From: a virus
Taxonomy: Duplodnaviria > Caudoviricetes
DNA: 64,000 nt
Reading direction: 5' to 3' (one strand)
Virus record (IMG/VR): IMGVR_UViG_3300017783_000013
Location: 1,557-65,556 of that record
Numbering within the stretch: the stretch's first letter is position 1; every line of letters begins with the position of its first letter. This document shows, one piece after another, positions 39,453 to 48,982 of the stretch. Under the pieces are notes generated by a model. That model had not been told where the DNA came from. It ran no database searches and worked only from the letters and a program-made list of their open reading frames with translations. The position numbers and the translations under genes were made by a program.

Positions 39453-40687
39453 TCTTTTATCCTTCCGATGATTTCAGTAGTACTATGTCCTTTTACTATA
39501 GGAAAAATCTTTACTTCTGCAAGTTCATTACCTACGGTAGTTTCTGTCGTATAGTCTCCACCTTTAACAATAATATCTGGTCTAATAATTTCTAAAATTT
39601 GTTGAGGAGTATCTTCTCCAAATACAACAACTTCGTCGACCCACGGTAACATTTCTAGTTGCTGTTTTCTTGTTGCAAAGTTATTTACAGGTCTGCCATT
39701 ACCTTTCAATCGTCTTACGCTTTCATCATCATTAATACCAACAATTAATTTTTTTCCTAAATTTTTTGCATATTTTAATAACTCCAAGTGTCCTGGATGT
39801 AATATATCAAACACACCATTAGTCCATACAACACCTCTATTTAGGTCATCAAATGTTACAGGATGTACTCCACGTTTTTCGACATTTCTTGCACTAGCAT
39901 AACATGCCAATTGACAAGACTCGGGAATACTCATATTTTTTGTTGCATAACCATAAACCAATACTGCTAAAAATGTATCTCCCGCTCCTGTTACATCAGC
40001 AACTTCTCTTACATCTTCTTTGATATGCCAATTTTCTTTTTGGTTAATTACATGAACTCCTTCAGCACCATCAGTTACTACTAACCAAGTCCACCCATAT
40101 TCTTTTAATTTTTTTCTAGCAGTGTCGTAATTAAAATGACCAAACCATTCAATGTATTCTTTCATATTAGGTTTTACTAAAAAGCAATCTTTATAAAGAT
40201 CAGGTGATTGTTTTGGATCTACAAAAATTTTATTTTGTTGTAAACTCGACATTAACTCTTGCGTAATAACACCTTTGTTATAATCACTAATAACTACAAC
40301 ATCGTCATTATCAACCACTAACGACTGTTCAACATTTCCAGTATATAATTCTTCTCGATCCCAACGTAATATGTGTTGCCCGCCTTGACCAACTAGCCTT
40401 GTTTTGGTTGTTGTTATGCTATTGTCAAATGACACATTACTAGTTAATGTTTTACAATCCTTCAATAATTCAATTATTTTATAGCCTTCTTTGTCTGAAC
40501 CTACGGCACCATGCAAACCGACGTGTACGCTTAAATTTGCAAGGTTAAACGCTAGGTTTCCAGCACCTCCTACACTAAAAGTTTGATAACTTTCTTTTAA
40601 TACAGGCACCGGAGCCTCCGGACTCATTCGATCGGCAGTACCAAGAATCCATCTATCAAGCATTATGTCACCAATAACTTTGATCAT
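39449..40687 (-). CDS. hldE: bifunctional heptose-7-phosphate kinase / heptose-1-phosphate adenylyltransferase
   Basis: GDIMLD...RMSPEAPVPV, GGAGN, SDYNKG, VDPK and DVTGAGDTF (PfkB), fused to TNGVFDILHPGH...GINDDESVRRLKG..RP...KGGDY...STT. Confidence 0.92.
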   Translation of the reverse strand: MIKVIGDIMLDRWILGTADRMSPEAPVPVLKESYQTFSVGGAGNLAFNLANLSVHVGLHGAVGSDKEGYKIIELLKDCKTLTSNVSFDNSITTTKTRLVGQGGQHILRWDREELYTGNVEQSLVVDNDDVVVISDYNKGVITQELMSSLQQNKIFVDPKQSPDLYKDCFLVKPNMKEYIEWFGHFNYDTARKKLKEYGWTWLVVTDGAEGVHVINQKENWHIKEDVREVADVTGAGDTFLAVLVYGYATKNMSIPESCQLACYASARNVEKRGVHPVTFDDLNRGVVWTNGVFDILHPGHLELLKYAKNLGKKLIVGINDDESVRRLKGNGRPVNNFATRKQQLEMLPWVDEVVVFGEDTPQQILEIIRPDIIVKGGDYTTETTVGNELAEVKIFPIVKGHSTTEIIGRIKE

Positions 40688-41130
40688 AGACTTTTAACTA
40701 TTTCAACTATTGTTTGTATCTTGGTTTGATTAACTTTGTTTTGAAGTGTATTACGTAGACCTACGTGTAGTGGTTTTGGATAATCATTTGCTGTTGTCCA
40801 CGCATAACCTGAATGTTCATCATTGAGATCTGGAATGAACTCTTTATCAATAATTATTACATACGTATGAAAAAAGAATTTTTCATCTTTTGACGTATAT
40901 AATTCTAATGGAATAATTTTTTGAAATTTAGGTGTTTTACCTATTTCTTCTTTAACTTCTCGTTCGAGTGCTTTCCATGGTGTTTCACCATTTTCACTCA
41001 TGCCACCAACTAACCCCCATTGGCCTGCTGTTTTTCTTTTTGTTCTTTGTAGAAATAAGAAGCGATTAGTTTCTTTTGCAAAAAATAATGCGCCACTACA
41101 AATTATGTCTTTTACAGAACTAGTCTCCAT
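40684..41130 (-). CDS. Nudix hydrolase
   Basis: Nudix box GGMSENGETPWKALEREVKEEIG. Confidence 0.85.
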   Translation of the reverse strand: METSSVKDIICSGALFFAKETNRFLFLQRTKRKTAGQWGLVGGMSENGETPWKALEREVKEEIGKTPKFQKIIPLELYTSKDEKFFFHTYVIIIDKEFIPDLNDEHSGYAWTTANDYPKPLHVGLRNTLQNKVNQTKIQTIVEIVKSL

Positions 41131-42533
41131 TCATCTGCCTCATATTCACCTTCAAAACTTTTCAGCCAAGATGCGTTTTCCCACTTGTACTGAATACCAG
41201 TATATGTATTAGTTATATATACTGGTGCTGGTGATGCCGCAGAATCGGCTCCGTCATTTGTAGCACTCGAATCTAATGTAATCTCCCAAAAAGATCCGTT
41301 CCATGTTATAATATCATTTTGATTTGCTTTAAATACTGATCCATCTGCATTCTGCCAGGCGTTAGCATTGGCGTCCGAACTATCACCTTTAACATTTGGA
41401 TTGATATTATTTAAAATTAGATAACGTGTACCTGCTGTAATTGATGAATAATCAGGAGCAAACGTTGTTGGATCAATAATTGCATCTATTGTTCCTCTAG
41501 TGTTAACACTATCTGTTAATACGCTATTTTCCGGAACAGTATCACTATCAATTGATAATACCATTTGCGTATCGTCGGTTGGATTTAAACTAACAGTTGC
41601 AACAACTTCATTGCCGTCACTTTTGGTAAGTCTAATACTACTAGTACCAGCAGTAAATTTACCCGGGTATTGATCTAATAACTTAAACCAACTAACTGGA
41701 TCGCCAGTTCTAGTAAATGTTCCTGTTTTAGATTCTTCAACACCTTCATGTGCATGTAAAAGTCTTGCAGTATTGTTTAATACTAAAAGTTTATAATCAC
41801 CTGGCGATCGAACTATTGTTGCTGTAGGTATAGTTGCATCAATTATCCCGTCACTAACACTTCCGCTTTCATCAAAAATGTTCATTATAATTTTTTCAAT
41901 TACTCCTAACTTTTTAACTTTTGCAGGAGGAGTAACCCATATCGGCATTTGAAATTCCATTTCGCCGATATCAATTTCTGTTTCAGTTCCTTGCGGAATA
42001 CTTCTAGTCGAATAATTTACACTTGCTAATTCGATTAAACTTAAACTCGTCCAGTCAACATAATTATTTGTAGTTTGTATTTCTAATGCAGGATTATACA
42101 AAACAAGGATTTGTTCCATAATTTGTAATTTTTGATCTGTGTTAGTTGACCAAATGTCTGCCTTCATTCTTAATGTAAACGGCACTGGCATCAGTCTTTC
42201 AATAGTGTTTCCAACGCCTTGTAGGTCTTTATACGTGCCTGTTGCATCATCGTACTCTCTATGCCTAACATGTATCTTATCAACGTGTGTAGGGCTTTGT
42301 ACGCGGTCTCTAGCATACTCTAAACCAGTTATGTAACAAGCAATTCGAGGAGCACTCATAACTTTATTTTCTGAATTATCTCTAATAATATTTGCTACTT
42401 GACGTGTTAAGTTTCCGTAACTTACTGGAATTTTTCTAAGTGTTCCTGCACCGTCTTTGTAAGAAAAATTACTAAATGCTCTAATAAATTGAGTTACAAA
42501 TCTTCTTATTTGTCCATCGTAAAAATGTTCCAT
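41112..42533 (-). CDS. gp15: tail sheath stabiliser/terminator, T4 gp15-like, C-terminally extended
   Basis: HFYDGQIRRF...FSNF, IPVSYG, MPVPF, QIMEQIL..YNP; adjacent to gp14 and gp13. Confidence 0.75.
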   Translation of the reverse strand: MEHFYDGQIRRFVTQFIRAFSNFSYKDGAGTLRKIPVSYGNLTRQVANIIRDNSENKVMSAPRIACYITGLEYARDRVQSPTHVDKIHVRHREYDDATGTYKDLQGVGNTIERLMPVPFTLRMKADIWSTNTDQKLQIMEQILVLYNPALEIQTTNNYVDWTSLSLIELASVNYSTRSIPQGTETEIDIGEMEFQMPIWVTPPAKVKKLGVIEKIIMNIFDESGSVSDGIIDATIPTATIVRSPGDYKLLVLNNTARLLHAHEGVEESKTGTFTRTGDPVSWFKLLDQYPGKFTAGTSSIRLTKSDGNEVVATVSLNPTDDTQMVLSIDSDTVPENSVLTDSVNTRGTIDAIIDPTTFAPDYSSITAGTRYLILNNINPNVKGDSSDANANAWQNADGSVFKANQNDIITWNGSFWEITLDSSATNDGADSAASPAPVYITNTYTGIQYKWENASWLKSFEGEYEADEWRLVL

Positions 42534-43651
42534 TAAGCGTCTGCCTCAGGTTTCAATGCATCTGATAATGCTTGTTTTTCTGGTTGTGTATTACCATTTC
42601 TGTTAGTGTAATTATTTGTGTTGTTTGTAAATTCATTTACAACACTATTTTGAACTGTATTAGTTAAACTCATTCTTGCACCATCTTCTACTTTAATCCA
42701 ATTGCTACCATCATATCTAAATAGTCTGTTAGGATAATAATCTGTTCTTAAATGGTACGCACCTTTATCTGGACTACTTGGGTATGATGTTCCAAATGTA
42801 TATGGCGATCCGTTTGCAGGCAAGCCATCTCCTCCACCATAAGCAATGTAGTAATTACCACTTGGTGTTTGTAGAGTTGGTGTACTTGATCCGTCATCTA
42901 CTATGTTTACATCTCCGGCATCATCAGTTGGCACAACAAAATATTGATTAGTATCGTATCCTGTTTTAGGAGCATCTTCTTCTGCTTGTTGTATTACTGC
43001 TGTATTAATTTGCATTTCTTTTTCATACGTAGAAAGCACATCGCGTAAGTTCTTACCTTCTTGGCCGCTTTCTTTATCAAATATTTCTTTAAACTCTTGA
43101 CTATCAATAATTGGCTTACACTTGGCTCTTAATAAATGAGGATACCATGTTTGAGAAAATCCTTCACTTGGACGACTTATATCTTCAATTACATAAAATC
43201 GTTTCAAAGAAACTTGAAAATCATTCAATGCATAATCATCTACTAAATGGGGTAACTCTAAAACATCACCGCTTAATAGTTTTCTACCAATTGATTCAAC
43301 ACTTCGGTTTAAATGAAATGTTATAAAAACTGTGTCATTTTGTAAAAACATTCCAAATTGCGATAAATCAAAATCTAAATCTTGAACATTATAAATTCCA
43401 CGTAATGTGTAAACATCATCTGAATATTTTCTATCTCTATTTTCTAAAAACAATAGATCTTGTATTTTTGTTTCAGGAATATCTGCAACTTGTCTTGGTT
43501 GAGATGGCGTTCCGACACCCGGCTCAACAGGCCCCTCATACTTGTGTACATATATGTCTGTACCACCTATTTGAAAGGCTTCATATACGGTTTTATCTAT
43601 AAAACGATAATCCGCAGATTTCTCTGGTTTGTATAAACTTAATCTTGGCAT
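42533..43651 (-). CDS. gp14: neck protein, T4 gp14-like
   Basis: Probable start MPRLSLY at 43651 behind a late promoter (the track start 43705 overlaps gp13). DLLFLENRDRKY, LSQFGMF and GDVLELP motifs. Confidence 0.65.
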   Translation of the reverse strand: MPRLSLYKPEKSADYRFIDKTVYEAFQIGGTDIYVHKYEGPVEPGVGTPSQPRQVADIPETKIQDLLFLENRDRKYSDDVYTLRGIYNVQDLDFDLSQFGMFLQNDTVFITFHLNRSVESIGRKLLSGDVLELPHLVDDYALNDFQVSLKRFYVIEDISRPSEGFSQTWYPHLLRAKCKPIIDSQEFKEIFDKESGQEGKNLRDVLSTYEKEMQINTAVIQQAEEDAPKTGYDTNQYFVVPTDDAGDVNIVDDGSSTPTLQTPSGNYYIAYGGGDGLPANGSPYTFGTSYPSSPDKGAYHLRTDYYPNRLFRYDGSNWIKVEDGARMSLTNTVQNSVVNEFTNNTNNYTNRNGNTQPEKQALSDALKPEADA

Positions 43652-43659
43652 AGTAAATG

Positions 43660-43665
43660 TATTTA
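43660..43665 (-). promoter_or_regulatory. late promoter core TAAATA driving the gp14-gp15-heptose operon
   Basis: Reverse-strand ATAAATA 8 nt before ATG 43651, back-to-back with the gp13 promoter. Confidence 0.65.
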
Positions 43666-43682
43666 TTGCAATGACAATCGAA

Positions 43683-43688
43683 TAAATA
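43683..43688 (+). promoter_or_regulatory. late promoter core TAAATA, 5 nt before ATG
   Basis: TAAATA-atagc-ATG(43694). Confidence 0.65.
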
Positions 43689-43693
43689 ATAGC

Positions 43694-44455
43694 ATGAGCA
43701 CACAATTAGATACAGCAAAATCAAAACTATTTAGATACGTCCGAATTATGCTTGGCGACGGTATGATTGACGTAGAACTAGATATCGATCATTATGAGAT
43801 AGCATTAGAAAAAGCATTAGGAAAATTTAGACAAAGATCCGAAAATGCTGTAGAAGAATCATATGCATTTTTAGAATTACAAGAAGATACAAATGATTAT
43901 ATTCTTCCAAATGAAATACAAAGTGTAAAAGAAGTATTTCGTCGAAGTATAGGCTCACGTAGTGGCGGCGGCCAAGGCGGTACAGTATTTGAACCGTTTA
44001 ACCTTGCTTACACAAATACGTATCTATTAAGTTCAACACAGATGGGCGGCCTTGCAACATATTTTGCATTTGCTGGTTATCAAGAATTAGTAGGCAAAAT
44101 GTTTGGATCATTTATTAATTTTAAATACGATCCTGTAAATCATAAATTAACAATAATGCAAAGACCAAGAGGAACTGAAAGTATTATGATGGCAGTATAT
44201 AATCAGCGTCCTGACTTTGTACTTCTATCTGATCCATATGCAGGACAATGGTTAAAGGATTATACCCTTGCTGTATCCAAATATATGATAGGTGAAGCAC
44301 GTGGTAAATTTGCTACAATTTCAACCCCCCAAGGTGGAACATCTCTAAACGGTGATGCTTTAAAAGCAGATGCTTCCGCAGATATTGAAAAACTAGAACA
44401 AGATTTGGCAAATTATGTTGACGGTTCTACACCATTATCGTTCGTAATTGGATAA
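43694..44455 (+). CDS. gp13: neck protein, T4 gp13-like
   Basis: LGDGMIDVELD, WLKDYTLA..K..IGEARGKF and PQGGTSLNG. Confidence 0.8.
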   Translation: MSTQLDTAKSKLFRYVRIMLGDGMIDVELDIDHYEIALEKALGKFRQRSENAVEESYAFLELQEDTNDYILPNEIQSVKEVFRRSIGSRSGGGQGGTVFEPFNLAYTNTYLLSSTQMGGLATYFAFAGYQELVGKMFGSFINFKYDPVNHKLTIMQRPRGTESIMMAVYNQRPDFVLLSDPYAGQWLKDYTLAVSKYMIGEARGKFATISTPQGGTSLNGDALKADASADIEKLEQDLANYVDGSTPLSFVIG

Positions 44456-44461
44456 AAAGAC

Positions 44462-44490
44462 TTGACTTTTTTGTTCTACTAGCATATAAT
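44462..44490 (+). promoter_or_regulatory. sigma70-type early promoter
   Basis: TTGACT(44462-67), 17 bp spacer, TATAAT(44485-90). Confidence 0.75.
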
Positions 44491-44520
44491 AAACTTTTAC
44501 ATGGGATACATAACTTTACT

Positions 44521-45183
44521 ATGATCGTAGGATTTGTTGGGCTAATAGGCTCTGGAAAAGATACCTGTGCTGATACTCTTGTCAGTGAAGGTGGATTTAA
44601 ACGTGTAAGTTTTGCTACTACACTTAAAGACGCAGTTTCGGCTATATTTGGTTGGGACAGAGAAGCATTAGAAGGTAATACACCTGAATCACGCGAATGG
44701 CGAGAACAAGTCGACGAATGGTGGTCAGAAAAGTTAGGCATTCCCGAACTTACGCCCCGTTGGGTATTACAGTACTGGGGCACCGATGTATTAAGAAAAA
44801 ACTTCCACGATGATATATGGATTGCTAGTTTAGAAAGCAAACTACTACAAATGAAACAAGACGCAGTTATTTCCGATGTGCGTTTTCCAAATGAAATTAA
44901 GATGATAAAAAGACTACGAGGTAAAGTATACCGTATTAAACGTGGTCCTGATCCATTGTGGTTTAGTGAGGCTGAATCGCAAAATAGAATACAAAGAGAA
45001 AGTATGAATAAGAAGAATTATGTATTTGTTGACAAAATGAAAGAAAAACATCCTGAAGTACATATTAGTGAATATGCATGGATCGGTGAAAAAGTTGACG
45101 ATGTTATTGAAAATGACACTGATTTAGATAGTCTGCATAATGCTGTTAGAAGTCAGGTGTTAGGTCTCCCTGCTTCCAAATAG
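44521..45183 (+). CDS. deoxynucleoside monophosphate kinase (T4 gp1-like)
   Basis: GLIGSGKDT P-loop, SFA..LKD, TPRWVLQYWGTD, ISDVRFPNE and HISE. Confidence 0.88.
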   Translation: MIVGFVGLIGSGKDTCADTLVSEGGFKRVSFATTLKDAVSAIFGWDREALEGNTPESREWREQVDEWWSEKLGIPELTPRWVLQYWGTDVLRKNFHDDIWIASLESKLLQMKQDAVISDVRFPNEIKMIKRLRGKVYRIKRGPDPLWFSEAESQNRIQRESMNKKNYVFVDKMKEKHPEVHISEYAWIGEKVDDVIENDTDLDSLHNAVRSQVLGLPASK

Positions 45184-45484
45184 CACCAGTTTCTTGCATC
45201 AATCGTTGACAGTTAGCACAAATAGTTTTTAGATTACTATGCTTACAATTTGTTAAACTACCATCTATATGATACACATTAAACTGTTCTTTATGTTTGC
45301 TTGAAAATCCACATTTGTCACATTTAGTTTTTTGTCTATACCCTGCTTTATGCCAAAAAGGCACTCCTGGGGATCTTCCACTAGCACAACTATCGCACTT
45401 GCTTCTATAATACGGTTTTTTACCTTTATAGTAATTAATTGCAACAGGTCTTTTTTTACATTGTTTACATAATGATCTGCTCAT
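45146..45484 (-). CDS. Zn-finger / HNH-like protein
   Basis: Probable start MSRSLC at 45484; four CxxC pairs; YHIDG..TN....NLKTICANC resembles an HNH fold. Confidence 0.65.
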   Translation of the reverse strand: MSRSLCKQCKKRPVAINYYKGKKPYYRSKCDSCASGRSPGVPFWHKAGYRQKTKCDKCGFSSKHKEQFNVYHIDGSLTNCKHSNLKTICANCQRLMQETGAIWKQGDLTPDF

Positions 45485-45489
45485 AACTG

Positions 45490-45495
45490 TATTTA
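45490..45495 (-). promoter_or_regulatory. late promoter core TAAATA, 5 nt before ATG
   Basis: Reverse strand TAAATA-cagtt-ATG(45484). Confidence 0.6.
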
Positions 45496-45555
45496 CCACG
45501 CCCTTTTCGACCCCTTTTTTAACATGCATATTATATAGCGTTTTCCTGATATCTG

Positions 45556-45563
45556 TATAAATA
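45556..45563 (+). promoter_or_regulatory. T4 late promoter TATAAATA
   Basis: Exact T4 late consensus upstream of the tail sheath gene. Confidence 0.8.
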
Positions 45564-45600
45564 CTTGTAGAAATATAAAACCATACAAGGAGTATAAAAA

Positions 45601-48600
45601 ATGGCACTATCATCACCAGGAGTTGAAGTTAGCGTAATTGATGAAAGTTTCTATACCCCAGCCGCTGGTGCTACAACACCTTTAATTGTTGTTGCAACTG
45701 CTGAAAGCAAACCATCGGGCACAGGGACAGGAACTGCGGCAGGTACACTAGCAACGAACAAAAACAAAGTTTACTTAATTACTAGTCAAAGAGAATTAAC
45801 AGAGACCTTTGGGAATCCAACATTCTACACAGACTCTTCAAACAACGCATTACACGGTAATGAATTAAACGAGTATGGTTTACAAGCGGCTTATTCATAT
45901 CTAGGCGTAGCAAATAGAGCGTATGTATTAAGAGCAGATGTAGACCTAGGAAAACTTTCAGGATCAAACGATGCACCAGCAGGTGCTCCGGCAGACGGAA
46001 CTTATTGGTTTGACACTGACGATTCATTATACGGACTTTTCCAGTGGAACGGTTCTACACAAACATTCGCAAATAAGACACCAACTATCATTAGTGCATC
46101 ATCTGATCTTTCAGGTGTAAGTGGCGCAACATACACAGGCATTAAAGGAAGTATTGGAGCAAAAGGCGATTACGCTGTTGTTACATTTAACACAGAAAAT
46201 AAAATTTGGTACAAAAACGAAGATAATATTTGGGTACAAGTTGGTTCATATAATGAATCAGCGTTTGATGCGGCAGGTTTTGCTTCTTCAACAACTTGGA
46301 ACTCTACAACTTGGAAATCAAGTTGGCCAACAATTACTGCTACACTTACACCTTCAACTTTAGGTGCAACTAACATAGTAATTAACGGTACACAGGTTAA
46401 CAATGCAAGTACAACACCAACAAGTCTTGTTACAGCAATTAACGGTGCAGGTATTACAGGTGTTGGTGCTAAACTTGATGCTAACGACAGAGTTAAAATT
46501 TACTCCGACGGAACTGCAAGTTCAGATGGTACAACAACTGACGGTGCAATTTTAATTGCAGAAGGTACAGGTACTATTTTAACTGACTTAGGTATTACAG
46601 CAGGTTATTATCATTCACCAGAAACACAAATTTCAGCACACAGTAAAGTTCCATTATGGAAAGCAACTGATACTGTAGAAATTGCAGGTTCTAATTACAG
46701 TGGTTTAAGACCAACTGGTTCAGTTTACATGAAAACTACTACACCAAACGTAGGTGCTAGTTTAAAAGTAAAACTTTACAGCACAGGAACTGGATTATGG
46801 TCAACTGTAAGTACACCAATTTATAATAGCACAGCAGAAGCAATTAAAGCACTTGACACAGCAGGTGGAAAAAACATTGCAACTGGAACTTTATTTGCAT
46901 TAGCAAATACAAGTGAAGATACTAATCCTATTATTGATTTCAAATTGCATAGAAGATTAATTCCAAGTCCAACAAGTGCAACAGGAAGCGTTGCTAATCC
47001 AACTATTGCGGCAGGAACTAAAACATTTACAATTTCTGAAACAAGAGCAGGAAGTACAGCATTTACAAGTGCAAGTGTAAGTTTCACAGGTACTACAGCA
47101 GATTCACTAGTTGAAGCAATTAGTGATGCAGGCTTAACAAATGTAACTGCTGAAGTAACTGCTAATGGCAATGTTAAAATTAGTCATACAATTGGCGGAG
47201 AAATTAGATTAAAAGATGGTAACGGTACTCCATTAACTATTGCAGGATTTACAAGTTCTGTGGATAATGTTTATGCGGCAGGTAGCGAAGCAACAGATGA
47301 TTTAGTGATTTCAAATTGGAAGCCACTAACTTATGAAGCAAAAGCAGGTGCACCAACTAGCGATCCAGCAGAAGGAACACTATGGTACAGCACAACACTT
47401 GACGAAGTAGACATTATGGTACATGATGGTACTACATGGAGAGGTTACAATAAAGTATATAGTGACTCAGATCCAAAAGGACCTATTGTTTCAGCAACAG
47501 AACCAACTGTACAATCAGATGGCACTGCGTTAGTAAACGGTGATCTTTGGATTAATTCAGGAAACACTGAAACATACGGACAAAAGATTTACAAATATGA
47601 TGGACTAAATCTAGAGTGGACAACAGTTGATGTAACTGATCAAACTTCAGAAGATGGCATTTTATTTGCTGATGCACGTTATGGTAAAGCAGGTGCTACT
47701 GGTGATACAGCGGCAACTATAGAGGACTTAATATCAAGTGATTACATAGATCCAGATGCTCCAGATCCAGACTTATATCCAAGAGGTATGTTATTATGGA
47801 ATACTAGACGTTCAGGAAATAATGTTAAAATCTTTAGAACAACACATATTAATATTAATGAGAACAACGGTCGTAACAAACGTTTCCAAGGTACTGGAAT
47901 AGCATATGACGGTGGTACAGATGAAGCAATGGCATCATACAAAGTTAATAGATGGGTTGGTTATAATACAACTGCTGAAGATGGTTCAGGATTATTTGGA
48001 CGTAAAGCACAACGTAAAAATGTTGTTGCGGCATTGAAATCGGCAGTAGATACTAACGATGATTTAAGAGATGAAGAAACAAGAGCATATACATTGTTAT
48101 CGGCTCCTGGATATCCAGAACTAACAAGCAATCTTGTTAGCCTAAACATTGATAGAGGTATTACTGGATTTGTTGTAGCAGATACACCATTCAGACTTAA
48201 AGCAAGTGCAACTGAAATTCAAAGTTACGGAATGAATTCAAACAATGCATTAGCAGATGGTGAAGATGGATTTGTAACATATGATGAATATATGGCGGCA
48301 TTTTATCCATCAGGATTTACAACAGACCTAAGCGGAAACAATATTGTTGTTCCACCAAGTCACATGATGCTAAGAACTATTGCATTAAGTGATCAAGTAT
48401 CATTTCCATGGTTTGCACCAGCAGGTACAAGACGTGGAGGTATTAGCAATGCATCAAGTGTTGGGTTTATTAATGATGAAGGTGAATTTACACCAACTTC
48501 ATTAAACGACGGAACAAGAGATACAATGTTAGGTGCTAAGATTAATCCAATTACATTCATTACTGGAAGTGGTTTGGTTAACTTTGGACAAAATACAAGA

Positions 48601-48948
48601 GCAAGAAACGCTTCAGCATTAGACAGAATTAACGTAGCACGTTTAACAGCGTACTTAAGACGTCAATTAAGTTTACTTGCTAAACCATTCTTGTTTGAAC
48701 CAAACGATAAGATTACACGTGACGAGATCAAACAAGCGGCAGAAAGTTTGTTGCTTGAGTTAGTAGGTCAAAGAGCACTGTATGACTTCCTAGTTGTATG
48801 TGATGACACTAATAACACTCCGAGCAGAATTGATAGAAATGAACTATACTTAGACATTGCTATTGAACCTGTTAAGGCTGTTGAGTTTATCTACATACCA
48901 TTACGCTTAAAGAACACAGGCGAAATAGCAACTTTGGGGGCCCAATAA
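45601..48948 (+). CDS. gp18: tail sheath protein (enlarged)
   Basis: LSSPGVEVSVIDES, FGNP, PWFAPAGTRRG, INPI, ALDRINVARL, FEPND..TR, VVCDDTNNTP..IDRNEL and EPVKAVEFIYI. Confidence 0.93.
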   Translation: MALSSPGVEVSVIDESFYTPAAGATTPLIVVATAESKPSGTGTGTAAGTLATNKNKVYLITSQRELTETFGNPTFYTDSSNNALHGNELNEYGLQAAYSYLGVANRAYVLRADVDLGKLSGSNDAPAGAPADGTYWFDTDDSLYGLFQWNGSTQTFANKTPTIISASSDLSGVSGATYTGIKGSIGAKGDYAVVTFNTENKIWYKNEDNIWVQVGSYNESAFDAAGFASSTTWNSTTWKSSWPTITATLTPSTLGATNIVINGTQVNNASTTPTSLVTAINGAGITGVGAKLDANDRVKIYSDGTASSDGTTTDGAILIAEGTGTILTDLGITAGYYHSPETQISAHSKVPLWKATDTVEIAGSNYSGLRPTGSVYMKTTTPNVGASLKVKLYSTGTGLWSTVSTPIYNSTAEAIKALDTAGGKNIATGTLFALANTSEDTNPIIDFKLHRRLIPSPTSATGSVANPTIAAGTKTFTISETRAGSTAFTSASVSFTGTTADSLVEAISDAGLTNVTAEVTANGNVKISHTIGGEIRLKDGNGTPLTIAGFTSSVDNVYAAGSEATDDLVISNWKPLTYEAKAGAPTSDPAEGTLWYSTTLDEVDIMVHDGTTWRGYNKVYSDSDPKGPIVSATEPTVQSDGTALVNGDLWINSGNTETYGQKIYKYDGLNLEWTTVDVTDQTSEDGILFADARYGKAGATGDTAATIEDLISSDYIDPDAPDPDLYPRGMLLWNTRRSGNNVKIFRTTHININENNGRNKRFQGTGIAYDGGTDEAMASYKVNRWVGYNTTAEDGSGLFGRKAQRKNVVAALKSAVDTNDDLRDEETRAYTLLSAPGYPELTSNLVSLNIDRGITGFVVADTPFRLKASATEIQSYGMNSNNALADGEDGFVTYDEYMAAFYPSGFTTDLSGNNIVVPPSHMMLRTIALSDQVSFPWFAPAGTRRGGISNASSVGFINDEGEFTPTSLNDGTRDTMLGAKINPITFITGSGLVNFGQNTRARNASALDRINVARLTAYLRRQLSLLAKPFLFEPNDKITRDEIKQAAESLLLELVGQRALYDFLVVCDDTNNTPSRIDRNELYLDIAIEPVKAVEFIYIPLRLKNTGEIATLGAQ

Positions 48949-48954
48949 TGAAGA

Positions 48955-48960
48955 TAAATA
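48955..48960 (+). promoter_or_regulatory. late promoter core TAAATA
   Basis: GATAAATA before the AAGGAG SD of the tail tube gene. Confidence 0.6.
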
Positions 48961-48982
48961 AAACTGTAAAAGGAGCAATATA

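Noticed and set aside
37734-40687. Host-derived LPS island or prophage boundary
   Set aside because: The genes are translationally coupled to phage gp15 and match the flanking composition; no integrase, att site or bacterial housekeeping genes are present.
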